64,000 nucleotides of DNA from assembly GCF_050920415.1 (NCBI RefSeq), contig NZ_CP169309.1; one strand, written 5' to 3'. This DNA comes from Escherichia coli (GTDB lineage: Bacteria > Pseudomonadota > Gammaproteobacteria > Enterobacterales > Enterobacteriaceae). Position 1 is the stretch's first letter. Each line of letters begins with the position of its first letter. Positions 49,083-61,715 of the stretch are shown here, in pieces. The translations under genes and the position numbers were made by a program. The notes under the pieces were generated by a model that saw only the letters and a program-made list of their open reading frames with translations, was not told where the DNA came from and did no database searches.

Positions 49083-50279
49083 ATGCGTGGAGAATTTTAT
49101 CAGCAGTTAACCAACGATCTGGAAACCGCAAGGGTGGAAGGGTTGTTTAAAGAAGAGCGCATTATTACGTCTGCGCAACAAGCAGACATCACGGTGGCTG
49201 ATGGAAGCCACGTCATTAACTTTTGTGCCAATAACTATCTCGGACTGGCGAATCATCCGGATCTGATTGCGGCGGCAAAGGCGGGAATGGATTCTCACGG
49301 TTTCGGCATGGCTTCGGTGCGTTTTATTTGCGGCACTCAGGACAGCCATAAAGAGCTTGAACAAAAACTGGCGGCCTTCCTGGGGATGGAAGATGCGATT
49401 CTCTACTCTTCCTGCTTTGATGCTAACGGTGGCCTGTTCGAAACGCTGTTGGGCGCGGAAGACGCCATTATCTCCGACGCACTGAACCACGCGTCTATTA
49501 TTGATGGTGTGCGTCTGTGCAAAGCTAAACGCTATCGTTATGCCAACAACGATATGCAGGAGCTGGAAGCACGTCTGAAAGAAGCGCGTGAAGCCGGTGC
49601 GCGTCATGTGCTGATTGCCACCGATGGTGTGTTCTCGATGGACGGCGTGATTGCCAACCTGAAAGGTGTTTGCGATCTGGCAGATAAATACGATGCCCTG
49701 GTGATGGTAGACGACTCCCACGCCGTTGGTTTTGTCGGTGAAAATGGTCGTGGTTCCCATGAATACTGCGATGTGATGGGCCGGGTCGATATTATCACCG
49801 GCACGCTCGGTAAAGCGCTGGGCGGGGCTTCTGGTGGTTATACCGCGGCGCGCAAAGAAGTGGTTGAGTGGCTGCGCCAGCGTTCTCGTCCGTACCTGTT
49901 CTCCAACTCGTTGGCACCGGCCATTGTTGCCGCTTCCATCAAAGTGCTGGAGATGGTTGAAGCGGGTAGCGAGTTGCGTGACCGTCTGTGGGCGAACGCG
50001 CGTCAGTTCCGTGAGCAAATGTCGGCGGCGGGCTTTACCCTGGCGGGTGCCGATCACGCCATTATTCCGGTCATGCTTGGCGATGCTGTAGTGGCGCAAA
50101 AATTTGCACGTGAACTGCAAAAAGAGGGCATTTACGTCACCGGTTTCTTCTATCCGGTCGTTCCGAAAGGTCAGGCGCGTATTCGTACCCAGATGTCTGC
50201 GGCGCATACCCCTGAGCAAATTACGCGTGCGGTAGAAGCGTTCACGCGTATTGGTAAACAACTGGGCGTAATCGCCTGA
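49083..50279 (+). CDS. kbl: 2-amino-3-ketobutyrate CoA ligase (glycine C-acetyltransferase)
   Basis: 398 aa PLP-dependent aminotransferase class II. Confidence 0.95.
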   Translation: MRGEFYQQLTNDLETARVEGLFKEERIITSAQQADITVADGSHVINFCANNYLGLANHPDLIAAAKAGMDSHGFGMASVRFICGTQDSHKELEQKLAAFLGMEDAILYSSCFDANGGLFETLLGAEDAIISDALNHASIIDGVRLCKAKRYRYANNDMQELEARLKEAREAGARHVLIATDGVFSMDGVIANLKGVCDLADKYDALVMVDDSHAVGFVGENGRGSHEYCDVMGRVDIITGTLGKALGGASGGYTAARKEVVEWLRQRSRPYLFSNSLAPAIVAASIKVLEMVEAGSELRDRLWANARQFREQMSAAGFTLAGADHAIIPVMLGDAVVAQKFARELQKEGIYVTGFFYPVVPKGQARIRTQMSAAHTPEQITRAVEAFTRIGKQLGVIA

Positions 50280-50292
50280 GTGAGGATGTGAG

Positions 50293-51318
50293 ATGAAAGC
50301 GTTATCCAAACTGAAAGCGGAAGAGGGCATCTGGATGACCGACGTTCCTGAACCGGAACTCGGACATAACGATCTGCTGATTAAAATCCGTAAAACAGCC
50401 ATCTGCGGGACTGACGTTCACATCTATAACTGGGATGAGTGGTCGCAAAAAACCATCCCAGTACCGATGGTTGTAGGCCATGAATATGTCGGTGAGGTGG
50501 TTGGCATCGGTCAGGAAGTGAAAGGCTTCAAGATCGGCGATCGCGTTTCTGGCGAAGGCCATATCACTTGTGGTCATTGCCGCAACTGTCGTGGCGGTCG
50601 TACACATCTGTGCCGCAACACGATCGGCGTCGGCGTTAACCGTCCGGGCTGCTTCGCCGAGTATCTGGTGATTCCGGCGTTCAACGCTTTCAAAATCCCC
50701 GACAATATCTCCGATGATCTGGCTTCCATTTTTGATCCCTTCGGTAACGCCGTGCATACCGCGCTGTCGTTTGATCTGGTGGGCGAGGATGTGCTGGTCT
50801 CTGGTGCAGGCCCGATAGGTATTATGGCTGCGGCGGTGGCGAAACACGTCGGTGCACGCAACGTGGTGATCACGGATGTTAATGAATACCGCCTTGAGCT
50901 GGCGCGTAAAATGGGTATCACCCGTGCGGTTAACGTCGCCAAAGAAAATCTCAATGACGTGATGGCGGAGTTAGGCATGACCGAAGGCTTTGATGTCGGT
51001 CTGGAAATGTCCGGTGCGCCGCCAGCGTTTCGTACCATGCTCGACACCATGAACCACGGCGGTCGCATTGCGATGCTGGGTATTCCGCCGTCTGATATGT
51101 CTATCGACTGGACCAAAGTGATCTTTAAAGGCTTGTTCATTAAAGGTATTTACGGTCGTGAGATGTTTGAAACCTGGTACAAGATGGCGGCGCTGATTCA
51201 GTCTGGCCTCGATCTCTCGCCGATCATTACCCATCGTTTCTCTATCGATGATTTCCAGAAGGGCTTTGACGCTATGCGTTCGGGCCAGTCCGGGAAAGTT
51301 ATTCTGAGCTGGGATTAA
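50293..51318 (+). CDS. tdh: L-threonine 3-dehydrogenase
   Basis: 341 aa zinc-dependent MDR dehydrogenase. Confidence 0.95.
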   Translation: MKALSKLKAEEGIWMTDVPEPELGHNDLLIKIRKTAICGTDVHIYNWDEWSQKTIPVPMVVGHEYVGEVVGIGQEVKGFKIGDRVSGEGHITCGHCRNCRGGRTHLCRNTIGVGVNRPGCFAEYLVIPAFNAFKIPDNISDDLASIFDPFGNAVHTALSFDLVGEDVLVSGAGPIGIMAAAVAKHVGARNVVITDVNEYRLELARKMGITRAVNVAKENLNDVMAELGMTEGFDVGLEMSGAPPAFRTMLDTMNHGGRIAMLGIPPSDMSIDWTKVIFKGLFIKGIYGREMFETWYKMAALIQSGLDLSPIITHRFSIDDFQKGFDAMRSGQSGKVILSWD

Positions 51319-51327
51319 CACGAACAA

Positions 51328-51350
51328 GGGCTGGTATTCCAGCCCTTTTT
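51328..51350 (+). terminator. Rho-independent terminator after kbl-tdh
   Basis: GGGCTGG-TATT-CCAGCCC followed by TTTTT. Confidence 0.65.
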
Positions 51351-51555
51351 CCTGAGGATAATCCGTTAAATATGTAAAATCCTGTCAGTGTAATAAAGAT
51401 ATCGTAATTGCGCTGATCTCTTATATAGCTGCTCTCATTATCTCTCTACCCTGAAGTGACTCTCTCACCTGTAAAAATAATATCTCACAGGCTTAATGGT
51501 TTCTTAATACAAAGCCTGTAAAACATCAGGATAACTTCAGAGGTCGTCGGTATTT

Positions 51556-52590
51556 ATGATGAACAGCACCAATAAACTCAGTGTTATTATCCCGTTATAT
51601 AATGCGGGAGATGATTTCCGTACTTGCATGGAATCTTTAATCGCGCAAACCTGGACTGCTCTGGAAATCATTATTATTAACGATGGTTCAACGGATAATT
51701 CTGTTGAAATAGCAAAGCATTACGCGGAAAACTATCCGCACGTTCGTTTGCTGCATCAGGCGAATGCCGGCGCATCGGTGGCGCGTAATCGTGGGATCGA
51801 GGCGGCGACGGGTAAATATGTCGCTTTTGTCGATGCTGACGATGAGGTCTATCCCACTATGTACGAAACGCTGATGACCATGGCGTTAGAGGACGACCTC
51901 GACGTGGCGCAGTGCAACGCTGACTGGTGTTTTCGTGAAACGGGAGAAACCTGGCAATCCATCCCCAGCGATCGCCTTCGCTCAACCGGCGTATTAACCG
52001 GCCCTGATTGGTTGCGGATGGGGCTTTCTTCCCGCCGTTGGACTCATGTTGTCTGGATGGGCATTTATCGTCGTGATGTCATTGTTAAAAATAACATTAA
52101 ATTTATTGCCGGATTACATCATCAGGATATTGTCTGGACAACAGAATTTATGTTTAACGCGCAACGCGTGCGATATACCGAGCAATCGTTATATAAATAT
52201 TATTTGCATAATACGGCAGTGAGCCGATTGAATAGACAGGGAAATAAAAACCTTAATTATCAACGCCACTATATTAAGATTACCCGACTGTTGGAAAAGT
52301 TAAATCGCGATTACGCAGACAGAATAGTGATTTACCCGGAATTTCATCAACAAATAACTTACGAAGCATTACGTGTTTGCCATGCGGTACGTAAAGAGCC
52401 AGATATTATTACCCGCCAACGGATGATTGCTGAGATATTTACTTCCGGTATGTATAAGCGCCTGATTTCCAATGTACGCAGCATAAAGGTGGGTTATCAG
52501 GCGTTACTGTGGTCTTTCCGCTTATGGCAATGGCGCGACAAAACACGGTCGCACCATCGCATTACGCGTAGCGCCTTTAATTTGCGCTAG
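51556..52590 (+). CDS. waaH: GT2-family glycosyltransferase WaaH (YibD)
   Basis: 344 aa; GT2 motifs ([13 protein letters not shown]). Confidence 0.85.
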   Translation: MMNSTNKLSVIIPLYNAGDDFRTCMESLIAQTWTALEIIIINDGSTDNSVEIAKHYAENYPHVRLLHQANAGASVARNRGIEAATGKYVAFVDADDEVYPTMYETLMTMALEDDLDVAQCNADWCFRETGETWQSIPSDRLRSTGVLTGPDWLRMGLSSRRWTHVVWMGIYRRDVIVKNNIKFIAGLHHQDIVWTTEFMFNAQRVRYTEQSLYKYYLHNTAVSRLNRQGNKNLNYQRHYIKITRLLEKLNRDYADRIVIYPEFHQQITYEALRVCHAVRKEPDIITRQRMIAEIFTSGMYKRLISNVRSIKVGYQALLWSFRLWQWRDKTRSHHRITRSAFNLR

Positions 52591-53536
52591 CGTTAAGTTT
52601 TGCCGCTTCGGGCTGCTTGCCCCAGCCTTGCCACTGATGCTGGAAGTAAACGATCAGCGTGCTCTGGCTGATGCTTTCGCTTAATACTTCAAAGAAGCGA
52701 TTAGCATAAACCGGTTCCAGCGGTTTCTTCGGTTTACACAGTTTCACGCCACGGAACGGATTATGCGGTGCATCAGGCACAGCGTTTATCGGCGGTGTAG
52801 AAGTATCAACCTGCGGTTCATTCAGCAAGCTGCTGGCTTTCACCAGTGTAATGTCTGGCGGCAGGTTATAAACCATCTGTTGCAACACGCGTACCGTTGA
52901 AGGGTGAGGATGCCCAATGGCAATGGTTGAACCGTTGCGACGCGCCAGGTCAATTGCACGATTAAACTGCACACGGATGTCTGCTTCGTTCTGTGAATCG
53001 TCGAGGAACACCTTCCGTTTAATAACCTTCACGCCAGTGCCTTGCGCGGCGCGCATCGCCTGGGTATTACCGATGGTTACGCTGTCGAGGAAGTAAAGAT
53101 TGTAACGCTCCAGTGCCTGCATCACTTTCTGCATACCAAACAGGTTAGAGGTCATCTTGCTGCCCATGTGGTTGTTGATCCCCACGGCATAGGGCACGTT
53201 ATTGACCGCACTACGAATAATGCGCTCAATTTCGTCGCTGCTCATCTCCGGGCGCAGCGTATTTTTCTCCAGCGGCTGTTTACTCAACGGTGCCATCGGC
53301 AGATGAATCAACACTTCGTGACCGCTGTTATGCGCTTTGGTCGCCATCTCTCTGGCGTGCGGTGAATCGGGTAATACAGCGACGGAGATAGCGGAAGGCA
53401 TCGCCAGCACCTGGTTTTCGTTGTGTGGGCGATACCCAAAATCATCAATGACGATGGCAAGTTTGCCAGCAAGTACAGGGGAGGAGAGCGCCAACAGAGC
53501 GGCAAATGCAAGAACGTTACGACGAAATGGAAACAA
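52577..53536 (-). CDS. yibQ: Divergent polysaccharide deacetylase family protein YibQ
   Basis: 319 aa with signal peptide; operon with envC and gpmM. Confidence 0.85.
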   Translation of the reverse strand: MFPFRRNVLAFAALLALSSPVLAGKLAIVIDDFGYRPHNENQVLAMPSAISVAVLPDSPHAREMATKAHNSGHEVLIHLPMAPLSKQPLEKNTLRPEMSSDEIERIIRSAVNNVPYAVGINNHMGSKMTSNLFGMQKVMQALERYNLYFLDSVTIGNTQAMRAAQGTGVKVIKRKVFLDDSQNEADIRVQFNRAIDLARRNGSTIAIGHPHPSTVRVLQQMVYNLPPDITLVKASSLLNEPQVDTSTPPINAVPDAPHNPFRGVKLCKPKKPLEPVYANRFFEVLSESISQSTLIVYFQHQWQGWGKQPEAAKLNASAN

Positions 53537-53539
53537 AAC

Positions 53540-54799
53540 TTATCTTCCCAACCACGGCTGTGGATTGACCGCCTGACCCTGGCGGCGAATTTCGAAATAA
53601 AGTGAAGGCCGACCCTGACCGCCACTGCTGCCCACCAGTGCAATTGGCTGGCCCGCGCGAACCTGCGAACCAACGCTCACCAGTGCGCTCTGATTATAGC
53701 CGTAAAGACTCATGTCGCCTTTACCATGCTCAACCACCACCACCAGACCGTAGCCTTGCAGCCAGTCAGCCAGAATCACCCGACCGTCGGCAATCGCTTT
53801 AACTTCAGTACCTTCAGAAGCACCAATCACCATCCCTTTCCAGCGCAGCTCACCCTGTAGCTGCTCGCCATAACGATGCAGCGTCGGCCCGCGAACCGGC
53901 CAGAATGCCTGACCACGCGGCGCTCCCAGGCCACCAGTTCGGGACATCAGCGATTTTTCGCTTTCGGTCGGTTTGTAGGTGGTGCCTTTGCGCGTCGCTT
54001 CTTTCTGACGGTCGCGAACCGCCTGGGCTTCGCGCGCCTCACGTTCAGCACGCGCTTTCGCCGCCGCTTCCGCACGGGCAATGCTGTTACGTAGACGAGA
54101 TTCGTTGGCGCGCAGCTCGCTCAACTGTTGTTGACCTTGCTGGATGGAAGACTCTAGCCCAGCCAGCGTCTTTTTACGATCGTTCAGCGCCTGGGTCAGC
54201 TTCGCCTGTTGGGCTCGCTGCTCATATAACAGTGTTTGTTGCTCGCTCTGTTTCTCTTCCAGCTCGGCGCGTTGCATAGCGACTTCTTCACGCGTTTGTT
54301 TCAACTGAGCAATGGTTTCTTGTCGCGCCTGGTTGAGATAGCCGAAATAAGCCTGTAAACGCTGTCCACGCTGGCTTTCTTCACCGCTGAGAATCAGCTG
54401 AATACCGGTATGCTCGCCCTGACGGAATGCGGCATCCAGTTGTGCGGCGAGGCTGCGCTCCTGGGCGGCTTTTTGCTGCTCCAGTTTGGCAATCGACGCG
54501 TTCATCTCATCAATCTGTTTATTCAGTTGATTGAGCGTGTTTTGCGTTTCGCGCAGCTTACGGGTGGCTTCCGAGATCGCTTCTTCCTGCTTTTTCAACT
54601 GAGCAAGCAGGCTGGAGCGTTGTTGTTGTTTTTGGCGTACCGCGCGCTCTTTCGCGGCGATATCGGCCTGAATGGATTTGAGTTGGTCGCGATCATCCGC
54701 GTGGGCGGAAAAGGCGCACAACAATACGCCAGCGCTAAGAACGCTGGCGTAGATGATGGGCCTGATTGCAAACCTGCGCGGTTTCACGGCCCGTGTCAT
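53540..54799 (-). CDS. envC: Murein hydrolase activator EnvC (LytM/M23 domain, coiled coil)
   Basis: Trimmed to MTRAVKPRRF..., 419 aa; Q-rich coiled coil and C-terminal M23-like domain. Confidence 0.9.
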   Translation of the reverse strand: MTRAVKPRRFAIRPIIYASVLSAGVLLCAFSAHADDRDQLKSIQADIAAKERAVRQKQQQRSSLLAQLKKQEEAISEATRKLRETQNTLNQLNKQIDEMNASIAKLEQQKAAQERSLAAQLDAAFRQGEHTGIQLILSGEESQRGQRLQAYFGYLNQARQETIAQLKQTREEVAMQRAELEEKQSEQQTLLYEQRAQQAKLTQALNDRKKTLAGLESSIQQGQQQLSELRANESRLRNSIARAEAAAKARAEREAREAQAVRDRQKEATRKGTTYKPTESEKSLMSRTGGLGAPRGQAFWPVRGPTLHRYGEQLQGELRWKGMVIGASEGTEVKAIADGRVILADWLQGYGLVVVVEHGKGDMSLYGYNQSALVSVGSQVRAGQPIALVGSSGGQGRPSLYFEIRRQGQAVNPQPWLGR

Positions 54800-54832
54800 G
54801 GTATTAATCGCCTTTCCCCTCATGGGGAGGGA

Positions 54833-56377
54833 TTATTCCACGATGAACAGCGGCTTACCAGTCATCTCTTGCGGGATTTCCATACCCATCAGCGACAACA
54901 TGGTCGGCGCGATGTCAGAAAGTTTGCCGCCTTCAACCGCTTTCACGTTCTTATCACCAACGTAAATCAGCGGAACTGGCAGGTTGGTGTGTGCCGTGTG
55001 TGCCTGACCCGTTGCCGGATCGCGCATCTGTTCAGCGTTACCGTGGTCAGCGGTGATCAGCAGTTGTCCACCTACAGACTCAACCGCTTTCGCAACTTCA
55101 TCCACGCAGTGATCCAGCGCTTCAACGGCTTTAACCGCTGCTTCCATCACCCCGGTGTGACCTACCATGTCGCCGTTAGGATAGTTACAGATGATAGTGT
55201 CGTATTTGCCGCTCTTGATGGCCGCAACCAGTTTTTCGGTCAGCTCTGCGGAACTCATTTCTGGCTGCAGGTCGTAAGTTGCCACTTTCGGCGAGTTGAT
55301 CAGAATGCGGTCTTCGCCTTTGAACGACTCTTCTACACCACCGTTAAAGAAGAAAGTGACGTGAGCATATTTTTCGGTTTCGGAAATACGCAGTTGAGTT
55401 TTGTCGTTTTTCGCCATCCACTCGCCGAAGGTGTTAACCAGAGAAGCTGGCGGGTAAGCAACCGCAGTTTTGATATCAGCGGCGTATTCGGTCAGCATCA
55501 CGAAATCGATCTTAACCACTTTCTTACGCGCGAAGCCGTCGAAATCAGCGTTCACGAAAGCACGAGTGATTTCACGCGCGCGGTCAGCACGGAAGTTCAT
55601 GAAAATCAGCGCATCGCCGTCTTCCATTGCCGCGTCTGGCTGGCCTTCAGCACGGATAACGGTCGCTTTCACGAATTCGTCGTTTTCGTCGCGAGCATAA
55701 GCAGCCTGCAAACCGGCAACAGCGGTGTCGGCCTGGAATTCGCCCTGCGCCAGCGTCAGCAGGTCATACGCTTTTTCAACGCGATCCCAACGATTGTCGC
55801 GGTCCATTGCGTAGTAACGACCAATGATGGACGCTACGCGGCCTTTGCCCAGCGCGGCAAATTTCTCTTCGAATTTTTTCAGCGAGGATTCAGCACTGCG
55901 CGGCGGGGTGTCGCGACCGTCAAGGAATGCGTGCAGGTAGATTTTTTCTGCGCCGCGTTCCGCTGCCAGTTCTACCATCGCCATGATGTGAACTTCGTGG
56001 CTGTGTACACCACCTGCGGAGAGCAGACCCATAATGTGTACTGCTTTGCCTGCGTTTTTCGCTTTATCTACCGCACCAGTCAGCACCGGATTAGCGAAGA
56101 AAGCGCGATCTTTGATTTCAACGTCCAGACGAGTCAGGTCCTGATACACGATGCGGCCGGCACCCAGGTTAACGTGGCCTACTTCGGAGTTACCCATTTG
56201 ACGGTCAGGCAGACCGACTTCCAGACCGGAAGCGTCGATCAGGGTATGCGGACGATTGGCCCACAGTGCATCCATTACCGGGGTTTTAGCACTAAAAATG
56301 GCGTTATCCTGCTGTTCTTCGCGATAGCCATAGCCATCCAGAATCACCAGTACCATAGGTTTTTTAGAAACCGACAT
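54833..56377 (-). CDS. gpmM: 2,3-bisphosphoglycerate-independent phosphoglycerate mutase
   Basis: Track ORF (562 aa) trimmed to [19 protein letters not shown], 514 aa. Confidence 0.95.
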   Translation of the reverse strand: MSVSKKPMVLVILDGYGYREEQQDNAIFSAKTPVMDALWANRPHTLIDASGLEVGLPDRQMGNSEVGHVNLGAGRIVYQDLTRLDVEIKDRAFFANPVLTGAVDKAKNAGKAVHIMGLLSAGGVHSHEVHIMAMVELAAERGAEKIYLHAFLDGRDTPPRSAESSLKKFEEKFAALGKGRVASIIGRYYAMDRDNRWDRVEKAYDLLTLAQGEFQADTAVAGLQAAYARDENDEFVKATVIRAEGQPDAAMEDGDALIFMNFRADRAREITRAFVNADFDGFARKKVVKIDFVMLTEYAADIKTAVAYPPASLVNTFGEWMAKNDKTQLRISETEKYAHVTFFFNGGVEESFKGEDRILINSPKVATYDLQPEMSSAELTEKLVAAIKSGKYDTIICNYPNGDMVGHTGVMEAAVKAVEALDHCVDEVAKAVESVGGQLLITADHGNAEQMRDPATGQAHTAHTNLPVPLIYVGDKNVKAVEGGKLSDIAPTMLSLMGMEIPQEMTGKPLFIVE

Positions 56378-56621
56378 TGCGACAACCTCATACTCAAGAG
56401 TCAAAATTTGCGTAATTTTACTACAGCTGAATCGATAAAATAGCCTCTGAAGATCAAAATATACGACCGCTCGCGGCAAGCCGATGCCAGATTTACGCTT
56501 TTTTTTCGTAGCGCCCCGCAAAATTGCATTCCAGTTAACGCGCTGGCTGTATTTGCCGCACCGCGCAGGTATACTCCTTTCCTGGTTTTTTTAATCACTA
56601 CGTCGGGAGTTGTTACCCCCC

Positions 56622-57053
56622 ATGCAAGAAATTATGCAATTTGTTGGCCGTCATCCCATACTGAGTATCGCCTGGATCGCGTTACTGGTGGCGGTTCTTG
56701 TGACTACGTTTAAGAGCCTGACCTCGAAAGTGAAGGTGATTACTCGTGGTGAAGCTACACGTCTGATCAACAAAGAAGACGCTGTGGTTGTGGATTTACG
56801 TCAGCGTGATGACTTCCGTAAAGGCCATATCGCAGGTTCTATCAATCTGTTGCCGAGCGAAATCAAAGCCAATAATGTTGGTGAGCTTGAGAAGCACAAA
56901 GACAAGCCGGTTATCGTGGTAGACGGTTCTGGCATGCAGTGCCAGGAGCCTGCAAACGCGCTGACGAAAGCAGGTTTTGCGCAAGTATTCGTGCTGAAAG
57001 AGGGCGTCGCTGGCTGGGCTGGTGAAAACTTGCCTCTGGTGCGCGGCAAATAA
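56622..57053 (+). CDS. yibN: Rhodanese-domain membrane-anchored protein YibN
   Basis: 143 aa from [15 protein letters not shown]-terminal TM plus rhodanese domain. Confidence 0.85.
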
Positions 57054-57194
57054 TTTACCTGTCGTCTTTCATGATGCAGGCCGTTAGCTGCAATTAGGCC
57101 CCCTGAGACTTATTGTTATAAGCTTCTGGGGACACTCCATTTTGCTGCCGCCCTGCAACATGAAATTTCAGGGTAAAAAAACAGGAGCTAATTT

Positions 57195-57446
57195 ATGGCC
57201 AATGTTGAAATCTATACCAAAGAAACCTGCCCGTATTGCCATCGTGCGAAAGCACTGCTGAGCAGCAAGGGTGTGAGTTTTCAGGAGTTGCCGATCGATG
57301 GCAACGCCGCTAAGCGTGAAGAGATGATCAAACGCAGCGGTCGCACCACGGTTCCCCAGATTTTTATTGACGCACAGCACATTGGCGGCTGTGATGACTT
57401 GTATGCATTGGATGCACGTGGTGGACTGGATCCCCTGCTGAAATAA
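57195..57446 (+). CDS. grxC: Glutaredoxin 3
   Basis: 83 aa, CPYC active site. Confidence 0.95.
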   Translation: MANVEIYTKETCPYCHRAKALLSSKGVSFQELPIDGNAAKREEMIKRSGRTTVPQIFIDAQHIGGCDDLYALDARGGLDPLLK

Positions 57447-57508
57447 CGTGTGAACGTTGGCATTACATTGTGCAGTATTGAAGGACAACACTTAAGGGTT
57501 TTCTACAC

Positions 57509-57976
57509 ATGTCAGAACAAAACAACACTGAAATGACTTTCCAGATCCAACGTATTTATACCAAGGATATCTCTTTCGAAGCGCCAAACGCGCCGCACGT
57601 TTTCCAGAAAGATTGGCAGCCAGAAGTTAAACTTGATCTTGATACGGCATCTTCTCAACTGGCAGATGACGTTTACGAAGTGGTACTGCGTGTTACCGTA
57701 ACGGCATCCCTGGGCGAAGAAACTGCGTTCCTGTGCGAAGTTCAGCAGGGCGGTATTTTCTCCATCGCGGGTATCGAAGGCACCCAGATGGCACATTGCC
57801 TGGGCGCGTACTGCCCGAACATTCTGTTCCCGTATGCTCGTGAGTGCATCACCAGCATGGTATCCCGCGGTACATTCCCGCAACTGAACCTTGCGCCGGT
57901 TAACTTCGATGCGCTGTTCATGAACTATTTGCAGCAGCAGGCTGGCGAAGGTACTGAAGAACATCAGGATGCCTGA
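57509..57976 (+). CDS. secB: Protein-export chaperone SecB
   Basis: 155 aa [20 protein letters not shown]... Confidence 0.95.
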
Positions 57977-58995
57977 TGAACCAACGTAATGCTTCAATGA
58001 CTGTGATCGGTGCCGGCTCGTACGGCACTGCTCTTGCCATCACCCTGGCAAGAAATGGCCACGAGGTTGTTCTCTGGGGCCATGACCCTGAACATATCGC
58101 GACGCTTGAACGCGACCGCTGTAACGCCGCGTTTCTCCCCGATGTGCCTTTTCCCGATACGCTCCATCTTGAAAGCGATCTCGCTACCGCACTGGCAGCC
58201 AGCCGTAATATTCTTGCCGTCGTGCCAAGCCATGTCTTTGGTGAAGTGCTGCGCCAGATTAAACCGCTGATGCGCCCTGATGCGCGTCTGGTGTGGGCGA
58301 CCAAAGGTCTGGAAGCGGAAACCGGACGTCTGTTACAGGACGTGGCGCGTGAGGCCTTAGGCGATCAAATTCCGCTGGCAGTTATCTCTGGCCCAACGTT
58401 TGCGAAAGAACTGGCGGCAGGTTTACCGACGGCCATTTCGCTGGCCTCTACCGACCAGACCTTTGCTGATGATCTCCAGCAACTGCTGCACTGCGGCAAA
58501 AGTTTCCGCGTTTACAGCAATCCGGATTTCATCGGTGTGCAGCTTGGCGGCGCGGTGAAAAACGTCATTGCCATTGGCGCGGGAATGTCCGACGGTATCG
58601 GTTTTGGTGCGAATGCGCGTACGGCGCTGATCACTCGTGGGCTGGCTGAGATGTCGCGTCTTGGCGCGGCGCTGGGGGCCGATCCTGCCACCTTTATGGG
58701 CATGGCGGGGCTGGGTGATCTGGTACTTACCTGTACCGACAACCAGTCGCGTAACCGCCGTTTTGGCATGATGCTCGGTCAGGGCATGGATGTACAAAGC
58801 GCGCAGGAGAAAATTGGTCAGGTGGTGGAAGGCTACCGCAATACGAAAGAAGTCCGCGAACTGGCGCATCGCTTCGGCGTTGAAATGCCAATAACCGAGG
58901 AAATTTATCAAGTATTATATTGCGGAAAAAACGCGCGCGAGGCAGCATTGACTTTACTAGGTCGTGCACGCAAGGACGAGCGCAGCAGCCACTAA
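57976..58995 (+). CDS. gpsA: NAD(P)H-dependent glycerol-3-phosphate dehydrogenase
   Basis: 339 aa; [10 protein letters not shown] dinucleotide fold. Confidence 0.95.
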   Translation: MNQRNASMTVIGAGSYGTALAITLARNGHEVVLWGHDPEHIATLERDRCNAAFLPDVPFPDTLHLESDLATALAASRNILAVVPSHVFGEVLRQIKPLMRPDARLVWATKGLEAETGRLLQDVAREALGDQIPLAVISGPTFAKELAAGLPTAISLASTDQTFADDLQQLLHCGKSFRVYSNPDFIGVQLGGAVKNVIAIGAGMSDGIGFGANARTALITRGLAEMSRLGAALGADPATFMGMAGLGDLVLTCTDNQSRNRRFGMMLGQGMDVQSAQEKIGQVVEGYRNTKEVRELAHRFGVEMPITEEIYQVLYCGKNAREAALTLLGRARKDERSSH

Positions 58996-59074
58996 ACCCA
59001 GGGAACCTTTGTTACCGCTATGACCCGGCCCGCGCAGAACGGGCCGGTCATTATCTCATCGTGTGGAGTAAGCA

Positions 59075-59896
59075 ATGTCGTGTGAAGAACTGGAAATTGT
59101 CTGGAACAATATTAAAGCTGAAGCCAGAACGCTGGCGGACTGTGAGCCAATGCTGGCCAGTTTTTACCACGCGACGCTACTCAAGCACGAAAACCTGGGC
59201 AGTGCACTGAGCTACATGCTGGCGAACAAGCTGTCATCGCCAATTATGCCTGCCATTGCTATCCGCGAAGTGGTGGAAGAAGCCTACGCCGCCGACCCGG
59301 AAATGATTGCTTCTGCGGCCTGTGATATTCAGGCAGTGCGTACCCGCGACCCTGCAGTCGATAAATACTCAACCCCATTGTTATATCTGAAAGGTTTTCA
59401 CGCCTTGCAGGCGTATCGCATCGGTCACTGGCTGTGGAATCAGGGCCGTCGCGCGCTGGCTATTTTTCTGCAAAACCAGGTATCTGTGACGTTCCAGGTG
59501 GATATTCATCCGGCGGCAAAAATTGGTCGCGGTATCATGCTCGACCACGCGACGGGCATTGTGGTGGGTGAAACTGCGGTGATTGAAAATGACGTGTCGA
59601 TTCTGCAATCCGTTACCCTTGGCGGTACGGGAAAATCTGGCGGCGACCGTCACCCGAAAATTCGTGAAGGCGTGATGATTGGCGCAGGTGCGAAAATTCT
59701 CGGTAATATTGAAGTTGGTCGCGGTGCGAAGATTGGCGCAGGTTCCGTGGTGCTGCAACCGGTACCGCCACATACCACCGCCGCTGGCGTTCCGGCACGC
59801 ATTGTCGGTAAACCAGACAGCGATAAGCCATCAATGGATATGGATCAGCATTTCAACGGCATTAACCATACGTTTGAATATGGGGATGGGATCTGA
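59075..59896 (+). CDS. cysE: Serine O-acetyltransferase
   Basis: 273 aa; hexapeptide-repeat acetyltransferase. Confidence 0.95.
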   Translation: MSCEELEIVWNNIKAEARTLADCEPMLASFYHATLLKHENLGSALSYMLANKLSSPIMPAIAIREVVEEAYAADPEMIASAACDIQAVRTRDPAVDKYSTPLLYLKGFHALQAYRIGHWLWNQGRRALAIFLQNQVSVTFQVDIHPAAKIGRGIMLDHATGIVVGETAVIENDVSILQSVTLGGTGKSGGDRHPKIREGVMIGAGAKILGNIEVGRGAKIGAGSVVLQPVPPHTTAAGVPARIVGKPDSDKPSMDMDQHFNGINHTFEYGDGI

Positions 59897-59948
59897 CGTC
59901 CTGTGATTGTGCCGGATGCGATGTAATCATCTATCCGGCATACAGTAA

Positions 59949-60422
59949 CTAATCTCTCAACACCGCTCCCGGATACCCCAGCTGCCGCCAGGCTTCATAC
60001 ACCACGACCGACACCGCATTGGACAGGTTCATGCTGCGGCTGTCCGGCACCATTGGAATGCGAATTTTTTGTTCAGCGGGCAGGGCATCGAGAATGCTCG
60101 CGGGCAGGCCGCGTGTTTCCGGGCCAAACATCAGATAGTCGCCATCCTGATAACTTACGGCGCTGTGAGCAGGCGTACCTTTCGTGGTGAGGGCAAACAG
60201 ACGCTGCGGGTTTTCAGCCTCAAGAAACGCGGCATAGTTATGATGGCGCGTAACGGCGGTAAATTCGTGGTAGTCCAGCCCCGCACGGCGCAGGCGCTTA
60301 TCGTCCCAGGCAAATCCCATCGGTTCGATGATATGCAGGCGAAAGCCGGTGTTGGCGCAAAGACGGATGATGTTGCCAGTATTTGGCGGAATTTCTGGTT
60401 CGTAAAGTACGATGTTTAGCAT
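59949..60422 (-). CDS. trmL: tRNA (cytidine/uridine-2'-O)-methyltransferase TrmL
   Basis: 157 aa SPOUT methyltransferase. Confidence 0.9.
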   Translation of the reverse strand: MLNIVLYEPEIPPNTGNIIRLCANTGFRLHIIEPMGFAWDDKRLRRAGLDYHEFTAVTRHHNYAAFLEAENPQRLFALTTKGTPAHSAVSYQDGDYLMFGPETRGLPASILDALPAEQKIRIPMVPDSRSMNLSNAVSVVVYEAWRQLGYPGAVLRD

Positions 60423-60480
60423 ACTGCCCCCTTAGTGCGGGGGCAGGATAGCAGAAAATTGAGAAGTGGTGCGGCCTTTT

Positions 60481-60518
60481 CCCCTCACCCCGGCCCTCTC
60501 CCCGGAGGGGCGAGGGGG
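60481..60518. repeat. GC-rich imperfect palindrome in the lldD-trmL intergenic region
   Basis: CCCCTCACCCCGGCCCTCTCCCCGGAGGGGCGAGGGGG; arms CCCTCTCCCC / GGGGCGAGGG with one mismatch. Confidence 0.4.
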
Positions 60519-60524
60519 AAACGA

Positions 60525-61715
60525 CTATGCGGCATTCCCTTTCGCCATCGGAGCCAGCGCCGCAGGCAACTCTTTACCCAGCCCTTGCACCAGCGAATCT
60601 TGCGTAATTTCGCTAATCGATTTCGCGCCAGTGAGCGTCATCGCCACTTTCATCTCTTTCTCTATCAGATTAAGCAGATTTGCCACGCCCGCCTGGCCCG
60701 CCGTTGCCAGCGCATACAGGAAAGCACGACCCAGCAGTACAGTATCGGCACCGAGTGCAATCATACGCACGACATCAAGCCCGTTACGAATGCCGCTATC
60801 TGCCAGAATGGCGATATCACCTTTCACCGCATCTGCAATAGCAGGCAACGCACGGGCAGAAGAGAGTACACCGTCCAGCTGGCGGCCACCGTGGTTAGAA
60901 ACCACAATGCCATCTGCGCCAAAACGTACCGCATCACGCGCATCTTCTGGGTCGAGGATCCCTTTGATCACCATCGGGCCATCCCAGAAATCGCGGATCC
61001 ACTCAAGGTCTTTCCATGAGATAGAAGGATCGAAGTTATTCCCTAGCCAGCCGATGTAATCTTCCAGTCCGGTCGGTTTGCCGAGATAAGCCGAGATATT
61101 ACCGAGATCATGCGGACGACCATTCAGGCCCACATCCCACGCCCATTGCGGATGCGTTACCGCCTGCAAGTAGCGGCGCATTGCCGCGTTCGGGCCGCTC
61201 ATTCCAGAGTGCGCATCACGGTAACGCGCACCAGGCGTTGGCATATCCACAGTGAAGACCAGAGTTGAACAGCCTGCCGCTTTTGCACGCTCCAGCGCGT
61301 TACGCATAAAGCCGCGATCGCGCAGCACATATAACTGGAACCACATCGGACGCTTGATGGCGGGGGCGACTTCTTCAATTGGGCAAACAGAAACGGTCGA
61401 GAGAGTAAACGGAATGCCATGTGCATCCGCCGCTTTTGCGGCCTGAACTTCGCCGCGTCGCGCATACATGCCACACAAACCTACCGGACCTAGCGCCACC
61501 GGCATCGACAATTTCTCATTAAACAGCGTCGTTTCCAGGCTTAAGTCGGACATGTTTTTCAGAATTCGCTGGCGCAGCGCCACCTCTGACAAATCTTCCA
61601 CGTTGCGGCGCAGGGTGTATTCAGAATATGCCCCCCCATCCATATAGTGGAACAGGAATGGCGGCAGAATGCGTTGTGCTGCGGCGCGATAATCGCTGGC
61701 TGCGGAAATAATCAT
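60525..61715 (-). CDS. lldD: FMN-dependent L-lactate dehydrogenase
   Basis: 396 aa alpha-hydroxy acid oxidase family. Confidence 0.95.

Noticed and set aside
49107-50402. 431 aa minus-strand ORF antisense to kbl
   Set aside because: Antisense to a highly conserved PLP enzyme gene; Arg/Gly-rich artefact frame with no RBS context.
52577-52590. 14 bp convergent overlap of the waaH and yibQ stops
   Set aside because: Tail-to-tail overlaps of this size are common and need no special explanation; not evidence of rearrangement.
54410-56443. 677 aa plus-strand ORF antisense to gpmM and envC
   Set aside because: Lies entirely opposite well-supported gpmM/envC coding sequence. Low-complexity, Arg/Phe/Val-rich translation typical of antisense frames in GC-rich genes, with no domain signature.
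60435-61059. Two overlapping plus-strand ORFs (194 and 197 aa) antisense to lldD
   Set aside because: Overlap each other and lldD; compositionally biased Arg/Ser/Pro-rich translations. Treated as spurious.
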